Below are positions 1 to 13,532 of a DNA stretch of 64,000 nucleotides, piece after piece. The position numbers and the translations under genes are program-made. The stretch is from Octopus sinensis. Its lineage: Eukaryota. Under the pieces are notes generated by a model. The model saw only the letters and a list, made by a program, of their open reading frames with translations. It did no database searches and was not told the DNA's origin. How positions within the stretch are numbered: the stretch's first letter is position 1; every line of letters starts with the position of its first letter. Where the stretch lies: NCBI RefSeq assembly GCF_006345805.1, contig NC_043004.1, positions 105,276,001 to 105,340,000 on the forward strand, in the 5' to 3' direction.

Positions 1-51
1 GATAATGTATGATTAATTCAAAACAATGTAAATGAATAAGTATTACATTTG

Positions 52-175
52 AAGGCACATGGCTCAATGGTTAGAACGTTGGGACCACAATTATGAGGTA
101 GTGAGTTCAATTGCCACACTGATTTGTGTGCTGTGTTCTTGAGCAAGACACTTCATTTCACGTTGCTCTGGTTTG
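52..175 (+). mobile_element. tRNA-headed SINE family F (CORE-like ttgagcaagacac motif); also about 12780-12950, 38520-38710 and 61570-61880 on minus
   Basis: tggctcaatggttag A box, gagttcaatt B box, gtgttcttgagcaagacacttcatttcacgttgctc. Confidence 0.6.
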
Positions 176-2050
176 AGCATAAAACAAGAATATTTTGGCC
201 AGATATGGTTGCTTTCAATGCTCAATGGCTAATAATATTATGGTTATGAAATAAAATACTGTGTCCTTGCTAGCAGTTAAGATCATATACATACATACAT
301 ACATATGTATATATATATATGTATCCCTGTCCATATATAACACTCAATTGTGTGGTTGCCACGCAATAACCAGCACTTGGGTATGAATAACTGGGCACAC
401 GACCAGCAGTATATTGGATAGATACTATCCCTTAGTTGATTGGTTTCCCAACCTCTAACTCACACACACACACACACATATATATATTTATGTGTGTGTT
501 TGTTATGTTGACCTATAATATATGAACTTATGGATAGGTTATCAAGTTATGCATAACTACAGGAACTAAGTTGTGCAAAGAAAGCATTTTGAATTTATGG
601 CAAGTTTTTAGTGTCTTGTGCTCTACTAGTAACTGGTGACTTTATACATTTTCTCATGAGTTTAGTTCTTGATCCTTACTTGATAAGCACCTTGGTTCAC
701 TTAGCTGTAAATTATCCATGCCTACTTTTTTCAGTTGGAACTAGCTACTAAAATACTAAAGAATAGATATTCAGATGTGACTGAAAATATTTGTTCTAAC
801 AATTCATAATCAAATATGGACTTCACAAATTATGTAAATATAAAGATACTAACATTGAATGTAAACAAAAAAAAATATCCCCCCAAAACTAGTAAAATTA
901 AAAATAAACAACAAAAATCCTGGAAAATTAATCAGAAGATTTATCATAATATTTTGTTCTATTTACCCATTTATATTTACCATTTCTCTTTTTCTGCCTT
1001 TTTGTATCTTAGTTCATTTTTTGTCTGTCTGTCTGTCTGTCTTTCTTCCTCATTCAACTTTATTTTTTTTGCTGCCTCTGATTCTATCTATGCGTGTGTT
1101 TTAATCTTCCTTCTGTTCTTTCCCTGTCAGTTTTTCTTTTTAATCCCTCCCACTCATTTATTTTTCTGTGTATCTCCTCTTTTTTTTCTTTCATTGAATT
1201 ATGCATGCAATGACTAGAGTATTCACTTTTTGCTTTTCAAATATCATAGTTACTAATTTTTTCTTTACTTAATGAGCTTCTTAATAACAGCAATGATGAT
1301 GATGGTGATGATGATATAATTGCTAGAAGCTTTTTCTGTGAGCTGAGAGTTGTCATAATTTACTACTGGATAGGGACCAGCATTACCACGCACAAAAACA
1401 AAAACAAAATACAGTGACATTTGATTAGTCTACAACATACAAGTCCATACAGTTGTTCATCTGACATACATATGCATACATAAACTTTGTCTTCTCCCTC
1501 TTTCATGCATGCATTCCAGAAGTTAGTTTTTTAGCTCTATAGTTTTCTCTGTCATTTGTTTCTTCACGATTCTCCAATGTATTAGCAGAGTGTAACTACA
1601 CTCCTAAATATCAAGTCTCTCTCATGCATTTCCTGCTTAATTTACTTGACTCCAAAAGCAGGTGTTACCATTCATTGGTTTACTTTCTCAGGAAATGAAG
1701 CTAGTTTTGCTTTCTTGAGAATTACTATAACAAAGTCCATTATAATATTAATTTCCATCATTAACACACATAATGTGTTACTGGCAGTTTAATTGATCTC
1801 CGTACTCTACTGGTACTTAATTTATTAATTTTGGAATGTTGAATGGCAAAGGTGATTTTGGCAAAATTTGAACTCAAGATATAAACAGACATGACTATAA
1901 GATAACTGCTATAAGATAATTCAGTACTACCATTTTTGCCATTCAGAAATACCTGTCTTATGGTAGTGTTACTATTGACATCAAAATTAACATTATTTGA
2001 TTATGTGTCTATGTAAGTACAGCTCCCTATAGTAAGTAAATCTTGCTTAA

Positions 2051-2273
2051 CCCTTTGATATTTAAACTGGTCATTTCGGGCCCAAATATAATGCTTAGTT
2101 ATTCATTTGTTTTGTATTAATCATTCATCGTCTAATCAGTGTGAGATTTTGACGATGTAATTCTCTATTTTTAGATTGACATTGTAGGATAGGTGTGAGA
2201 AACCAGATCTGGCTAGTTTGAACAGAATAAAAGAATAGTTTCACCAGATATTGCTGGTTTAAATATTGAAGGG
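2051..2273. mobile_element. Second TTAA-flanked MITE family
   Basis: ttaa-ccctttgatatttaaac ... gtttaaatattgaaggg-ttaa. Relatives at about 36955, 44226 and 62745. Confidence 0.65.
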
Positions 2274-4480
2274 TTAATGTTCAAGCTGACCAAATTCAGC
2301 CTCTTGCACTTACCATAAAATGTCATTCTAAAAAACATACCATCGCATCATTGAAATCTAGAAGCAGTGAGATAATACACAATTAATTCAAACCAATTTG
2401 AATAAATGAGTTTTATGCTTGATAAAATAATCTGAATGCTAACGAGTTAATGCCTTTTGATATAAATGCACCTGAGACAGCCCTAGATTCTATGATACAA
2501 CTGTCCTTTTTTTTTTTAAAGTGATCTAAATTAAAACCTTATGTCAACATTTCATGTTAATCTATGTCCCAAACATCAGCTTTATAATATTTACTAAATT
2601 CTTCATTATTTTGAAAATTAATTTTTAACACAGAAATACTTGTTTTGTACTTTTTAAATCTGTGGTTCCTGAACAGCCGAATCTGTTCCATTCAAGGCGA
2701 CTTTAGGATTATCTAAGAGCAGATTCTGGGTTAGGGAGTAACTCAGGAAGAAATTATTTTTCTGTTACTGTTTTTGTTATTTAATTTTGCAGTATTTTTT
2801 TCTTTTATTGTGTTGTGCCATCCACTCTTTTGGTTGATATAGAATGACATACTGGGGGAATAAGTTGTAGAGCCAAAAGTAAAATGTACTGTAAAAATCC
2901 CTACAAAAGCATGAGTGAATTTATTGGTTGAAATATTGAACTAGTAGTGCATGTGTTTTGAATTTATGTCCCTTGCATATTTTGGTCAGAATACCTCAAC
3001 CAGCATATCTCAGTCCACCCAGCTGTTTAGAATGTCTCCAGAATCCACTGGAAATCTCATCTACAATAGACTAATGAGGTGGACTTTTCTCATCTGCTTA
3101 ATGGCCAAATAACCACAGTTGGAAACTAGTTTTAAAGATTTTTTTAGGATTTGGGAGACTTGACGTAATCTTACCCATTTCACTGAGTTATTCTCACGAT
3201 ATTTACAGTGTCCATATCAATTCTAGTCTGCCTATAGTCAATATCTCACATCTCATTAAAGCCAATTATCATTTCAAAGCTCTCAGCATTTGATTCTCTA
3301 TTAATTTAGGAACTAGACTTGCAAACATTGGTGCGATCAACTGTCTTTCTTGTCGTTCTTAATATACTGTACCCACTATTTGATTAGTGCTGGTTTTAAG
3401 CAACTAGACAAACAAGCTAATGAGGAAGCTTCTACATGGTTATGGGACCTGGTAGAAATAGCACCCAGACTTACCTCATATCACACCCTACATTCAATAA
3501 CACATGCACTCATTTATATATATACACACAAATACACAATCATGCACACACATACATTCATTCACATGAAGTTTTGAGCTATTACTAATGTATTTCTGCT
3601 CTTCTCTCTCTCCCTCCAATTCCCCTGATGTGTTAGTGGAGTGCAGCTGCACACTTATCTGTTGAGTCTGGCATGAAGACTAACTAAACAGATAAATCTC
3701 ACTCATACTTAAAAACACATACGGTGTAAAGGTAGGATGGAGGCAAATTTCGGATTAGCATAGTAAGTATACCACTGTCTCTATTGTTATGTTGTTGTTG
3801 TTGTTGTCAATGTGGCTTTTGCTTTTGTTGTGTTGTCAGTGTTGTTGTTTAGCTCCTGGATTGCCCTGTCTTAAGCTAACTTTTGATCAACTGTATTCCC
3901 ACTATGACCATCTTGTTGAATTATCAAATATAGTATATTTTAGCCTCACACCGGTATAGGAAAATGAGTGTTAAAATTAAGGTCGAGGAAGAAATAGTTA
4001 ATATATAGATGATCCCCAATTTAAGCTGAGCTATGATCGAAGAATGTACAGCTGTGACCATACTGTCAGTTTTCCAGATATTGCATGTCTAGGATTAAAT
4101 TATCCAATGTATCCTTCATTTTACTTTTTAAATAGTAGAATGTGATTTGAGGTAGAATTGGTTGCTTACATGAGCCACAAATTGAGTGGAAAAACCCAGA
4201 TAAGTTCCATGGAAACAAAATACAGCAGAAATATGTTTTTGCATAGTTATACAGCGATGCAATTTCTTTTCAGTATTCTCATCTGTGATAAAGGCAGTTA
4301 AATCATTAGCACAATGGCCAAAGTGCTTTGTGGCATTTCATCTGTCTTTGTGTTCTGAGTTCAAATTCCACTAACTTTGCCTTTCATCCTTTTGGGGTTG
4401 ATAAAATAAGTATCAGTTGAGCACTGGGGTTGTAATTACCTTCCCACCTTCCTGATTTTCAGGCCTTGTACCTACTGTAG

Positions 4481-4521
<41 letters not shown>

Positions 4522-5014
4522 CAAAATGGGACAATAACGCAAGACATCTGGACAGCTAGGTGATACAAAAAGGGACAAAACATCCAGATAGACGATACAA
4601 AGAAAACAAGGACAGGTCATTTGAAGTTTTCTTTCCTCAGTTGAGTACCAGATTATCCTTGCAAGAGCCATAACATAAGCGCTCTTCATGCCTATGAGAC
4701 TCAGGAAAATAAATTCTTGTTGTTTTCATTTGTTAACAATTTGGTTCATAGAGCATCGAATATTTCTTCTGTATGTGTTACAAAATGTGAGGCACATATA
4801 AAATCCTAATCTTTCTTGTCTGTTAAGTAAGTTGTGGAAAAATGCGATGTGTTGTTGCTTTTGTTGTTGTTGTTATTGTTGTCGTTTTGTTGTCTAGCCC
4901 TAGCCCAATCCTACTTGAGTAAACTTATGATCAAAAATATTCCAGCCATGACCATCCTATCTTTTTTAGAAGTATGTATGACTACATAAACTAATGTATT
5001 CTTTCCTTATTTAA

Positions 5015-5234
5015 CCCTTTTGTTACCAACCTGGCTGAAACCGGCTCTGGCTCTGAGTACAAATGTCTTGTTTTCATAAGTTTTGAATTAAAATGTTCCA
5101 CCAAACCTTAATCACAATTTATGTTCCTAACACTAGTTTAATGATAACCAAGTTATTTTACTAAATTCTTTGTTATATTTAAAGTAATTGAAAGAAACAC
5201 AGAGAATCTCAAAATAAATACAGTAACGAAAGGG
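5015..5234. mobile_element. piggyBac-like MITE (TTAA-CCCTTT...AAAGGG-TTAA)
   Basis: TTAA at 5011-5014 and 5235-5238, with TIR cccttt(t)gttac. Confidence 0.75.
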
Positions 5235-5422
5235 TTAAGATGACAGGTTATATTTTGCAGGAGATTTAGCTGCTATTTTTAGCAGGCCAAGTCATGTAGA
5301 ATCTTTTCCGTTAGCTCAAAAAATATTTTAGCACGATACACTAATGAGAAATGCATAAGTAGAATGTGTAATCATATTACTAAAGACGAGATCTTTGAAT
5401 TTTCTTCTGTGACACTCCACAT

Positions 5423-6072
5423 CAATGGTTCTCAACCATTTTTTTTTTTACTTACGAACCCCTTTGATTCCTATTTTGATCGAATGGACCCTCATGACCA
5501 TTCAGTATTTAAAAAATGATGTATTTTTAGAATTAAATATTATCAGGAATTGTATAAAAAACATTTTGGGAATTGTAGAAGTATAATAAATCCATTACTC
5601 CCTTTACTCTTTTACTTGTTTCAGTCATTTGACTGCGGCCATGCTGGAGCACCGCCTTTAGTCGAGCAAATCGACCCCAGGACTTATTCTTCATAAGCCT
5701 AGTACTTCTATCAGTCTCTTTTGCCGAACCGCTAAGTTACGGGGACGTAAACGCACCAACATCGGTTGTCAAGCGATGTTGGGGGGACAAACACAGACAC
5801 ACAAACATATATATATGTATAATATATATATGATGGGCTTCTTTCAGTTTCTGTCTACCAAATCCACTCACAAGGCTTTGGTCAGCCTGAGGCTATAGTA
5901 GAAGACACTTGCCCAAGATGCCACACAGTGGGACTGAACCCGGAACCATGTGGTTGGTAAGCAACTCTACTTACCACACAGCCACTCTGGCGCCTATATT
6001 GCTGATAAATTTTAACAACAAAATCTGATATGGACCCCCAAGGATCATTTGGACCCTAGTTGAGAACCACTG
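5423..6072. mobile_element. hAT (Charlie-like) MITE interrupted by a family A SINE
   Basis: TIR ca(a/g)tggttctcaac / gttgagaaccactg, right flank ttctagat. Confidence 0.6.
5595..5996 (-). mobile_element. tRNA-headed SINE family A with central (TA)/(TG) microsatellite
   Basis: A box TGGCTGTGTGG, B box GGTTCAGTCCC and tail ...ccagcatggccgcagtcaaatgactgaaac. More than 12 copies in the window. Confidence 0.85.
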
Positions 6073-6859
6073 TTCTAGATGTTTCCTTTAATTTTAACAT
6101 TGCTGTGTGGGGACTGGCATGTCAAAGAATAGGTTCAACATTTCCTCTGTGTGTTGTGAAAGGCTTGGTTTAGGTAGGATTTGAACTCTGAGCTTGTATA
6201 ACCCACACCAGGAACAACTACCCATGGATTGGGCGGTTGTTGCCTGAGTGGTGCAAAGTTATCATCAGACAGGAATAGGGAATCACAAGCAAATGGTGGA
6301 TACAGTGATGTACTGTTACAGCATATGTCCCCCATACTACTACTACAATAACAAACAAGAGACTTTAGTGGAATACAAAGAATACAGATTGTCATCCCTC
6401 TGCATCAGACAATGTATATTTGTGTATCTGCCAGTGTCTCAATGTGTAAATTTTTGCATTTAACCATTTTACTAACCTGTGTGCAGCCTTCTAAGGTTCT
6501 AATATACAAAACCTGCCCATTTTAAGTGTTCATATCTAAACAAAAGTTTTCCATTATAATTTTCATCTAAGAACCTTTTTCCTTTGGTAATGTTCCAAAA
6601 AAGTGGCTTTACACCGAAAAGGTTTTATTTTACCAAGCCTATCTAAATTCTTGGCTATTTAAAAAAAACATTAATAATTTTAAAAAAGTGCAGGTGATTT
6701 GTTTTTCATGAAAAATGTTCTCTTGGAAAGATTAAATACTGCATCGATTTAATTATTATTTTCTCACTTTTTACTCTCTGCATGCAACGTTTTGTAAAAT
6801 GTTCTACTAATATTTATTGCACAGTGTTTCTCTGCATCCTTACATTCCATTTCTATCTC

Positions 6860-6897
<38 letters not shown>

Positions 6898-7036
6898 TTT
6901 CTTGGATTAATCCTAACTCGGGAATCTCTCTCTGCAGGTGGTTTTTCATCTATTTGTAATGTAGTGTATATTGTTTTAGCTATTACAATGTGGTGTCAAC
7001 CATATTGACTGATTTACAGTCTCATAGCCAGAGGGT

Positions 7037-7110
7037 ATGATGCTTGGTGATGCATCCAAAATATGTTCCCAGCCTCTCCTTGAGTCCAGCAAGCAGAGAA
7101 GCCACATGAT
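7037..7110 (+). CDS. Possible first coding exon of RAR (MMLGDASKICSQPLLESSKQRSHM, phase-2 end)
   Basis: Unique sequence with ATGATG at 7037 and an open frame to AT|GTATTT at 7110/7111. Phase 2 fits the 8735 acceptor. The donor is weak. A good acceptor (ctctctctgcag) ends at 6937. Confidence 0.25.
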
Positions 7111-8734
7111 GTATTTATTCATTGGTTGTCTCTACTGCTGTTCATGCATGCCTTAATATACATTCACACGTATACATGTCTGTACGCATGCAACTACTGC
7201 TTATTCCTTAAATATTCCATTATATTGTTCACAACCTGGAATAGAACAATTATAACCAAACTATGATAAATGAATACAAAAATCATCTGCTAAAAAGACA
7301 AACAGAAAACAAACAAAACAAAATATATGAAGTCTATGATATATTTCTGTTTTCTTTGGTGCTGTCAGGAGAGCTTCATTAGAAGATTTATGTTGCCAAA
7401 GCTCTGTGTCACTCTGAGTTCACATTATATCAGGGTTGGCTCAACTTGTTTTTCCCTCTACTAGTTGATAAAAAGCAAAAACAAAAAAATACACCAGTCA
7501 TTTATTGGTTAAAAAAAAGGATAAAGCGCTTTCTCAAGTCATAAAGACCCATGTTTGTTCATAGCTGGTTTTTATAAGCTTGATTGCATGGCTGGATGGT
7601 TTTGCTCCATGGACACAAGTCTTTGGGTTCCATCTTACTCCATAGTTTCTTGGTAGGTGTCTGCTGCAATAGCTTTGGTTCCACTGAGGTCTTGTGAATC
7701 AAGTTCGGCAGATGGCAGTCATCGGAGAGTCTTTCCTTATCTTGGGGTGGTAGGCTTAATCCATTACCCAGTTTAACCCCACCTGTCTGGTGTTTGATTG
7801 ACCATTACTAAATCCTTGCTCTTCCAAGCATTTAGGTTAGGTCTCCGCCTGAGTGTCTAAAGATACTTATGTCTTTCCTCTCATCCATCCTGGGGGCCCT
7901 GTAAATGGTCATAAGCACTGCCCTTCCTCCTCTGGCTAAACTAATAACAAAACACCCTAAAACAATGAAGGTAAGGAATACAAAACCTGATTGGTGTAAC
8001 AGGTACCAAGTATTTTCACTTAGCAAGGAAGAAGTGTCAGGTTCAATTCCTGCCAGTGGTTTGTTGTTCAGTTTCTTTTTTTATTTTTATTTATTTTTAA
8101 GTTCAAATTGAAGTTTGCGTAGATATGTGTAGTCTTGCTTGTGTATGTATATACACCCCACCCCACGTATACTAATAATATACTAGTCACGAATGGGAAA
8201 CAAACTTCTTAGCCATTAAGCGTGGAACATGGATGTTAATCATGATGGTGATGATAAATACATGTACATACATGAGTAAGCGAGCGTGCATGTGTGCGTG
8301 TGTGGCTGAATGGTTAAAAAGTTTGTTTCGTAATCACGGGTTCATGGTTTGATTCCAGTGCTTGGCATCTTCGACAAATGGCTTTCACCCACAGCCTCAG
8401 GTTTACCCAAGCTTCATGAATGGAACCAAGTAGAGGGAAGTTGTGGAGAAGCCTGTTGGATAGATTGTACCTATAATTCAGAGGATAAGGAGTTGCTAGC
8501 ACTTGCCCAAGGTACCACTCCAGTCTATGGATGGAAAGGATGTCTTACTCTCCCTTATATGGCCTATCATTGATGTGGCTGCTATACCTTACAATGTATA
8601 ATTTACAATTATAAGTATGTTTAAGATCTTGGCCAATATCAATAACATGACTTCCAGAAAAAATCGGAAATGTCTCTTAAAGGTTTGTAGGGATGAGATT
8701 GACTTGTAATTTTTTTTTTTTCTTCATTTGCCAG

Positions 8735-8829
8735 TGATATATGCAACATGCTGTGCAATGACCTTGATGACATACCAGATTTAAATAATGGTTCTGGTCA
8801 AATTTCCACTGTGTCTACTACAACATCAA
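8735..8829 (+). CDS. RAR: Probable RAR N-terminal exon (..DICN-MLCNDLDDIPDLNNGSGQISTVSTTTS)
   Basis: Long T tract plus ttgccag acceptor (AG 8733-8734) and consensus donor AA|GTAAGT at 8829/8830. ATG at 8748. The phase-1 end joins the phase-1 start of the 13533 exon (A+AT = Asn). Confidence 0.65.
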
Positions 8830-9890
8830 GTAAGTACACATTTATCTGCAAGACTTCTTGTTTTTGGGAATTAAAAAAAAAAATTCCATTGGGTAGATGG
8901 CTGTTTAAGTTAGTAGGGTATTGGTTCCACAAGCTTCGGTGTTAGAAGTTCTTACCTTGTCATGGCCAAGATACTTAGCTGTAATTAGATGTCACAGAGA
9001 AGTATAAATTCATTGAGGCAGTTTCAGGCAACATGGTAGAATTAACAAGTCAATTTATTAGCATTCAGTAATGAGTTAAAATTCTTCCAGTTGGAAAGGA
9101 TACCTATAATAGTGTTTATCTGAGGAAGATTTATCTCAAATTCATTTAATGCTACTGATAAGCACTAGTCCTATATATTCATATAATTCGAGAAATAATT
9201 TAGCACAATAGAATCCACCTCATACTCACCTAAAAAAAAAACTTTTTGTATTTAGAAATTGAGGTTGTTTTCTTAGTACAGAAGTGGGATGCAGGGAGAA
9301 CATCTTCATGTAAATATTAAACACATCTGAAGAACAGAATTGAATTCTACAAACAATTTCCTCTTGTACTTTCCTGTTTCTTTCACTGGCAAAAACCTCA
9401 GCAATTTTTAAGGAAGACTGACATAGCTGCCAAATGAATCTGCCAAGACACAAAGCAATGCAGGTATTAGAGGAATTTGAATTATGATAGTTGTAGGCAT
9501 GGCTAAGTTGTTAAGAATTTTGCTTCATAGCCATGTGGTTTTGGGCTCAATCCCATTGCATGGCATCTTGGCCAAATATACTCTATTATAGCTCCATGCT
9601 GACCAAAGCCATGTGTGTTAATTCAATAAAGGAAAACTGAAAGCAGCCCATCATGTTTGTGTGTACCCTTCTTTTTATATCATGTTGGTCATTTCCAGTC
9701 TTCCATGAAAAACATGTCTGACTATGGGGAAATTTTACCTTATTTGGAAAAAGATGAAGGTTGGGGACAAGGAAGGCATCTGGTTGTAGAAAAATTCTGT
9801 CTCACTCATGTGAACTTGGAAAAGTGGATACTAAATGATGCTGGTGATGATGATGAGCGTTATTATTATTATCATTATTATTATTGGTCA

Positions 9891-10120
9891 AAGTGTTGAG
9901 CTGGCAGAACCATTAGCATGCTGGGCAAAATGCTTAGCGGCATTTCGTCAGTCTTACATTCTGAGTTCAAATTTTGTCAAGGTCGACTTTGTCTTTCATC
10001 CTTTTGAGGTCGATAAAATAAGTACCAATTGAGCACTGGGGTTGACGTAATCAACTATTCTCTTCCCCCAAATTTCAGGCCTTGTGCCTATAGTAGAAAG
10101 GATTATTATTATTATTACTA
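9891..10120 (+). mobile_element. SINE family C (tRNA-like head, gactttgcctttcatcctttt-gggtcgataaa core, (ATT)n tail)
   Basis: gagctggcagaa..ttagca..ctgagttcaaatt..aggccttgtgcctatagtagaaaggattatt. More than 12 copies, e.g. about 4292, 12505, 17685(-), 19790, 20940(-). Confidence 0.8.
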
Positions 10121-10849
10121 TTATAGGCAAAGAGAAGAAGAGATCTAAATGCACCAAGGTGTATAACTAGGTGCTGTACCATCTCTGAAAGGCCAGCATT
10201 CATCTGAATCAGTTTAAAAAAAGAAAGAAAGACAGTAAAGCACTGGTTAGAAATGTCTTTTATCATAGCTCATCTTAGTCAGCTGAATTGGGGCCATGCA
10301 ATATCAACAATGAAACTTATACTGTGGATTTGAACTCAAGACTTTCAGGCTTATTAGCTCAGTTCCATATCCGTTTGGCCAATGCTTTTATTGAGTGTAG
10401 CCACTGACATGGTGATCATGTTAGTGATGTTGTATAAGGGCTTAATCCATTTACAGTATACTATAGTGGTGGTTATCAGTGCTGATGTAGCATAGAGCTG
10501 CAAGTACTACTGATAATATCCATAATGTTGGTGTTGGGGGCGATGGTAGTGTTGGTGTTGTATTTGCTGTAGGTATTAAATGAGAATAGAAATAGTAGCT
10601 ATTGTGATATTGGTGTATTATAAGGATTACAGCTACAGTGGTGATGGTGTCGATGTAAATTAAACAGCATCCATCAAAAAGATCCTTCATTGATTACCAA
10701 TTTTAGACTTTGAAATAATATATTTTTTTTGTGCATCTTGTTTCCTTGATGCTAGTCTCAGATTTTCTCGGTTGTCTTTTTTATTTCTCTCTCCTCTATT
10801 ATTTAAACATTTCTTATTTTTTAATTTTGCTTATTTCTATTTTGCATTC

Positions 10850-10900
<51 letters not shown>

Positions 10901-11316
10901 ATTTTTTGCTACTTTTTGTCCATCATTCTCCCCCTCTATCAAAAAATTATATATATGGAAGGTAAAAAAAAAAGCAAACTAAAAGTAGAAATAAAAATCA
11001 AACACAACAAAACAAATGACTGAATGAGTAAGATGTATTGTTTGCTGTCTAGTAATGGATCCTCTCTAATGTGAAATGTTAGTTAGAATTCTCAAAGCTG
11101 TCATTAATGACAAATTCTTTGCTGCATTAAGTGGAATAGATTGCAGAGAGCTCAAGCGATGATTGTAAATTGTAAATGATAAAATTACCCACAATTTATT
11201 ACTGCTGAAATACATGCACATGCACACACGCACGCATGGATATATATATCTCATCATCGTCTTAACGTTCGCCTTCCATGTTGGCATGGGTGGGGCAATA
11301 TAAATGTATTTTTGTA

Positions 11317-11377
<61 letters not shown>

Positions 11378-11511
11378 ATGTGTGTATATATATATATATA
11401 TATAGTTAATAAAAAAAAACAGGGGAAAAAGATAAGTAAAATGTAATGACGCAAGGACGTGGTACATGTAAAGTATTAATAAGACACTCAGAAAAGGAAA
11501 GAAAGAGTGGT

Positions 11512-11548
11512 TGTTTTACGTTTTGAACAAAGCTCTTCTTCAGAAACA
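11512..11548 (-). ncRNA. Minimal hammerhead remnant (canonical CUGAAGA, G12A mutation)
   Basis: Minus strand TGTTT-CTGAAGA-A-GAGC ttt GTTC-AAAACGTA^-AAACA: 5-bp stem I, stem II with one G.U, ACGT stem III. Confidence 0.5.
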
Positions 11549-11674
11549 GAAGACATAGAAAAGTTCAAAAGAAAAGAAAAGGAAGGAGGAAAAATATCAC
11601 CTACAGTCCATGTGTAATTACATTTTGATATATATATCTATATATATGCATGTATGTGTGTGTGTGTGTGTGTG

Positions 11675-11719
<45 letters not shown>

Positions 11720-13532
11720 TATATATATATGTATATGTGTGTGTGTGTGTGCATGCATACATACACAAACACACACTAATATACTCATACAGACATGTAT
11801 ACATGTCTGTGTACATACATACCCATTTGTGTGCCCGTAGACTTGTACAATTGATAATCCTTTACTGAAATCCGCAGGCTTCCTGAATCCAGAATATTGT
11901 TTGGAGTGAAATGAAGTGCCTCTAATGGATATATTCCAGAGTCTTATTGTTAAAGCATCATTATTCTCGGTATCTTTAATTTGTGAAACTGGAAGCTTTA
12001 TAGTGCAAGATCACCATTAGGTTACCAATCTAATAGTGTCCTTTCTTATAAATGTTTAAGTCGTTGGGGATGTGTAGGATTTGATTTGTGTAAGCGTAAT
12101 ATTCATAATATAATAAAATATAGTTTCTCCAGCTCCCAGATTTTTAAGCCAAAAGATTATCAGTGTACATAATATACGAGAACTGTTATCCATTTTATTA
12201 GTTTTCTATGGTATGACAGATTATATCTATTGTTCGTGAATTCTGATTTGTAATTGGAGTTTTAATCACCAAAACATTGTTATTTTACTTGGGTTTTTTT
12301 TTTGTGCAGTTGTGTTTATTTGTTACTTGTTATTGTTGATAACTCTGATCATTACTGATGTAGATCACCTATTGTTTTTTTTGTATGTTATACTTGTACT
12401 GTCTCTAAAATCTTGAGTCCCTGTAGTCAATAACTGAAACCATCATCATTGTCGTCTGAGTGGGGTACAAGGTGAATTGGTAGAATTGCCTTGGCTTCAG
12501 ACAAGTTACTTTGCAGCATTTCTTCTTTTGACTCTTTACATTCAGGATTCAAATTTTGCTGAGGTCAGCTTTGCCTTTCATCACTTTGAGGTGGGTAACA
12601 GAAAGTATCAATCAAGTACTGGGGTTAGTGTAACTGATTTATCCCTTCCTCTCAAAATTTGCTGGCTTTCTGCTTAAATTAGAAAAAAAAATTATTAACT
12701 CTGTCATGGGACCTAGGGTTGATAAACCAGAGCTTAACTCAGTTTTCATGGCATACAAGTGACAGAAGCAGCCCCGTTCTTTCCTGAGTGGGATGCTGGA
12801 CTTTGGCAGGGTTAACTTCCCAACTATTACTGGAATTCATTTTACAGCTGAAGTAGTGTGAAACGAGGAGCTTTGCTCAAGAACGCAATGCACTGCTTGG
12901 TTTTGGAATCAAAGCGACAATGTTACAATCATGAGTGCAACACCATGCTCTTCAGTTAAAAAAAATAGTAAGGGCTACAGTGAAAGCAAAAGGTGTCCAT
13001 TTTGAATTGTAAATACATGTAAAATATTGTCAATAAATATAACAAATCAACTTGTAAACTTTCATTAACCAAAACCTAAAACTTTTTATTTTATGATAGA
13101 ATAAATGAGTAAATGTATATATTCTGTTCCCAGTATATTTGTCATTATAAAGGGCAATCTTCCCTAATACAATAAAGAAAAGAAAAGTCTAATAAATACT
13201 TCTCCAATGCCAGATGTGAAGATAGAAATTGCAGAATATTTCTCAAAAATGGATGGGAGATATTTTTTATTAGCTCTGCATTAGATTAAGCCATGCTGGA
13301 GGAAGTAATGTGAAAAGGGAGCATGATGTGCAATTCACTCTCTGAGATTTGTGGATCAGCCCAAACCATGTGTATTAGTATATTTTTTCTTTCTATTTGT
13401 TTGTTTCTTTCCTTCTCTCTCTCTCTCATATTGTTCCATGTGTGTTGTTGCTGCTAGAGCAAATATTTTTATCATAGCTTTGGTTTATATATTTTGTTGT
13501 GTATAATGCTCAATTTTCTCTATTGATAACAG

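Noticed and set aside
4605-4645. Minus-strand CTGAGGA-AAG aaaa CTT-CAAAT...GTC in a (TA)n-tailed segment
   Set aside because: The layout resembles the hammerhead elements, but there is no GAAA and no A15.1-U16.1 pair. Too degenerate to call from one copy.
11066-11868. ORFs rich in YIYI/HTHT/VCVC (also 16306-16615, 24511-24816, 26086-26384 and others)
   Set aside because: They are translations of (TA)n, (CA)n and (TG)n microsatellites with no coding signal.
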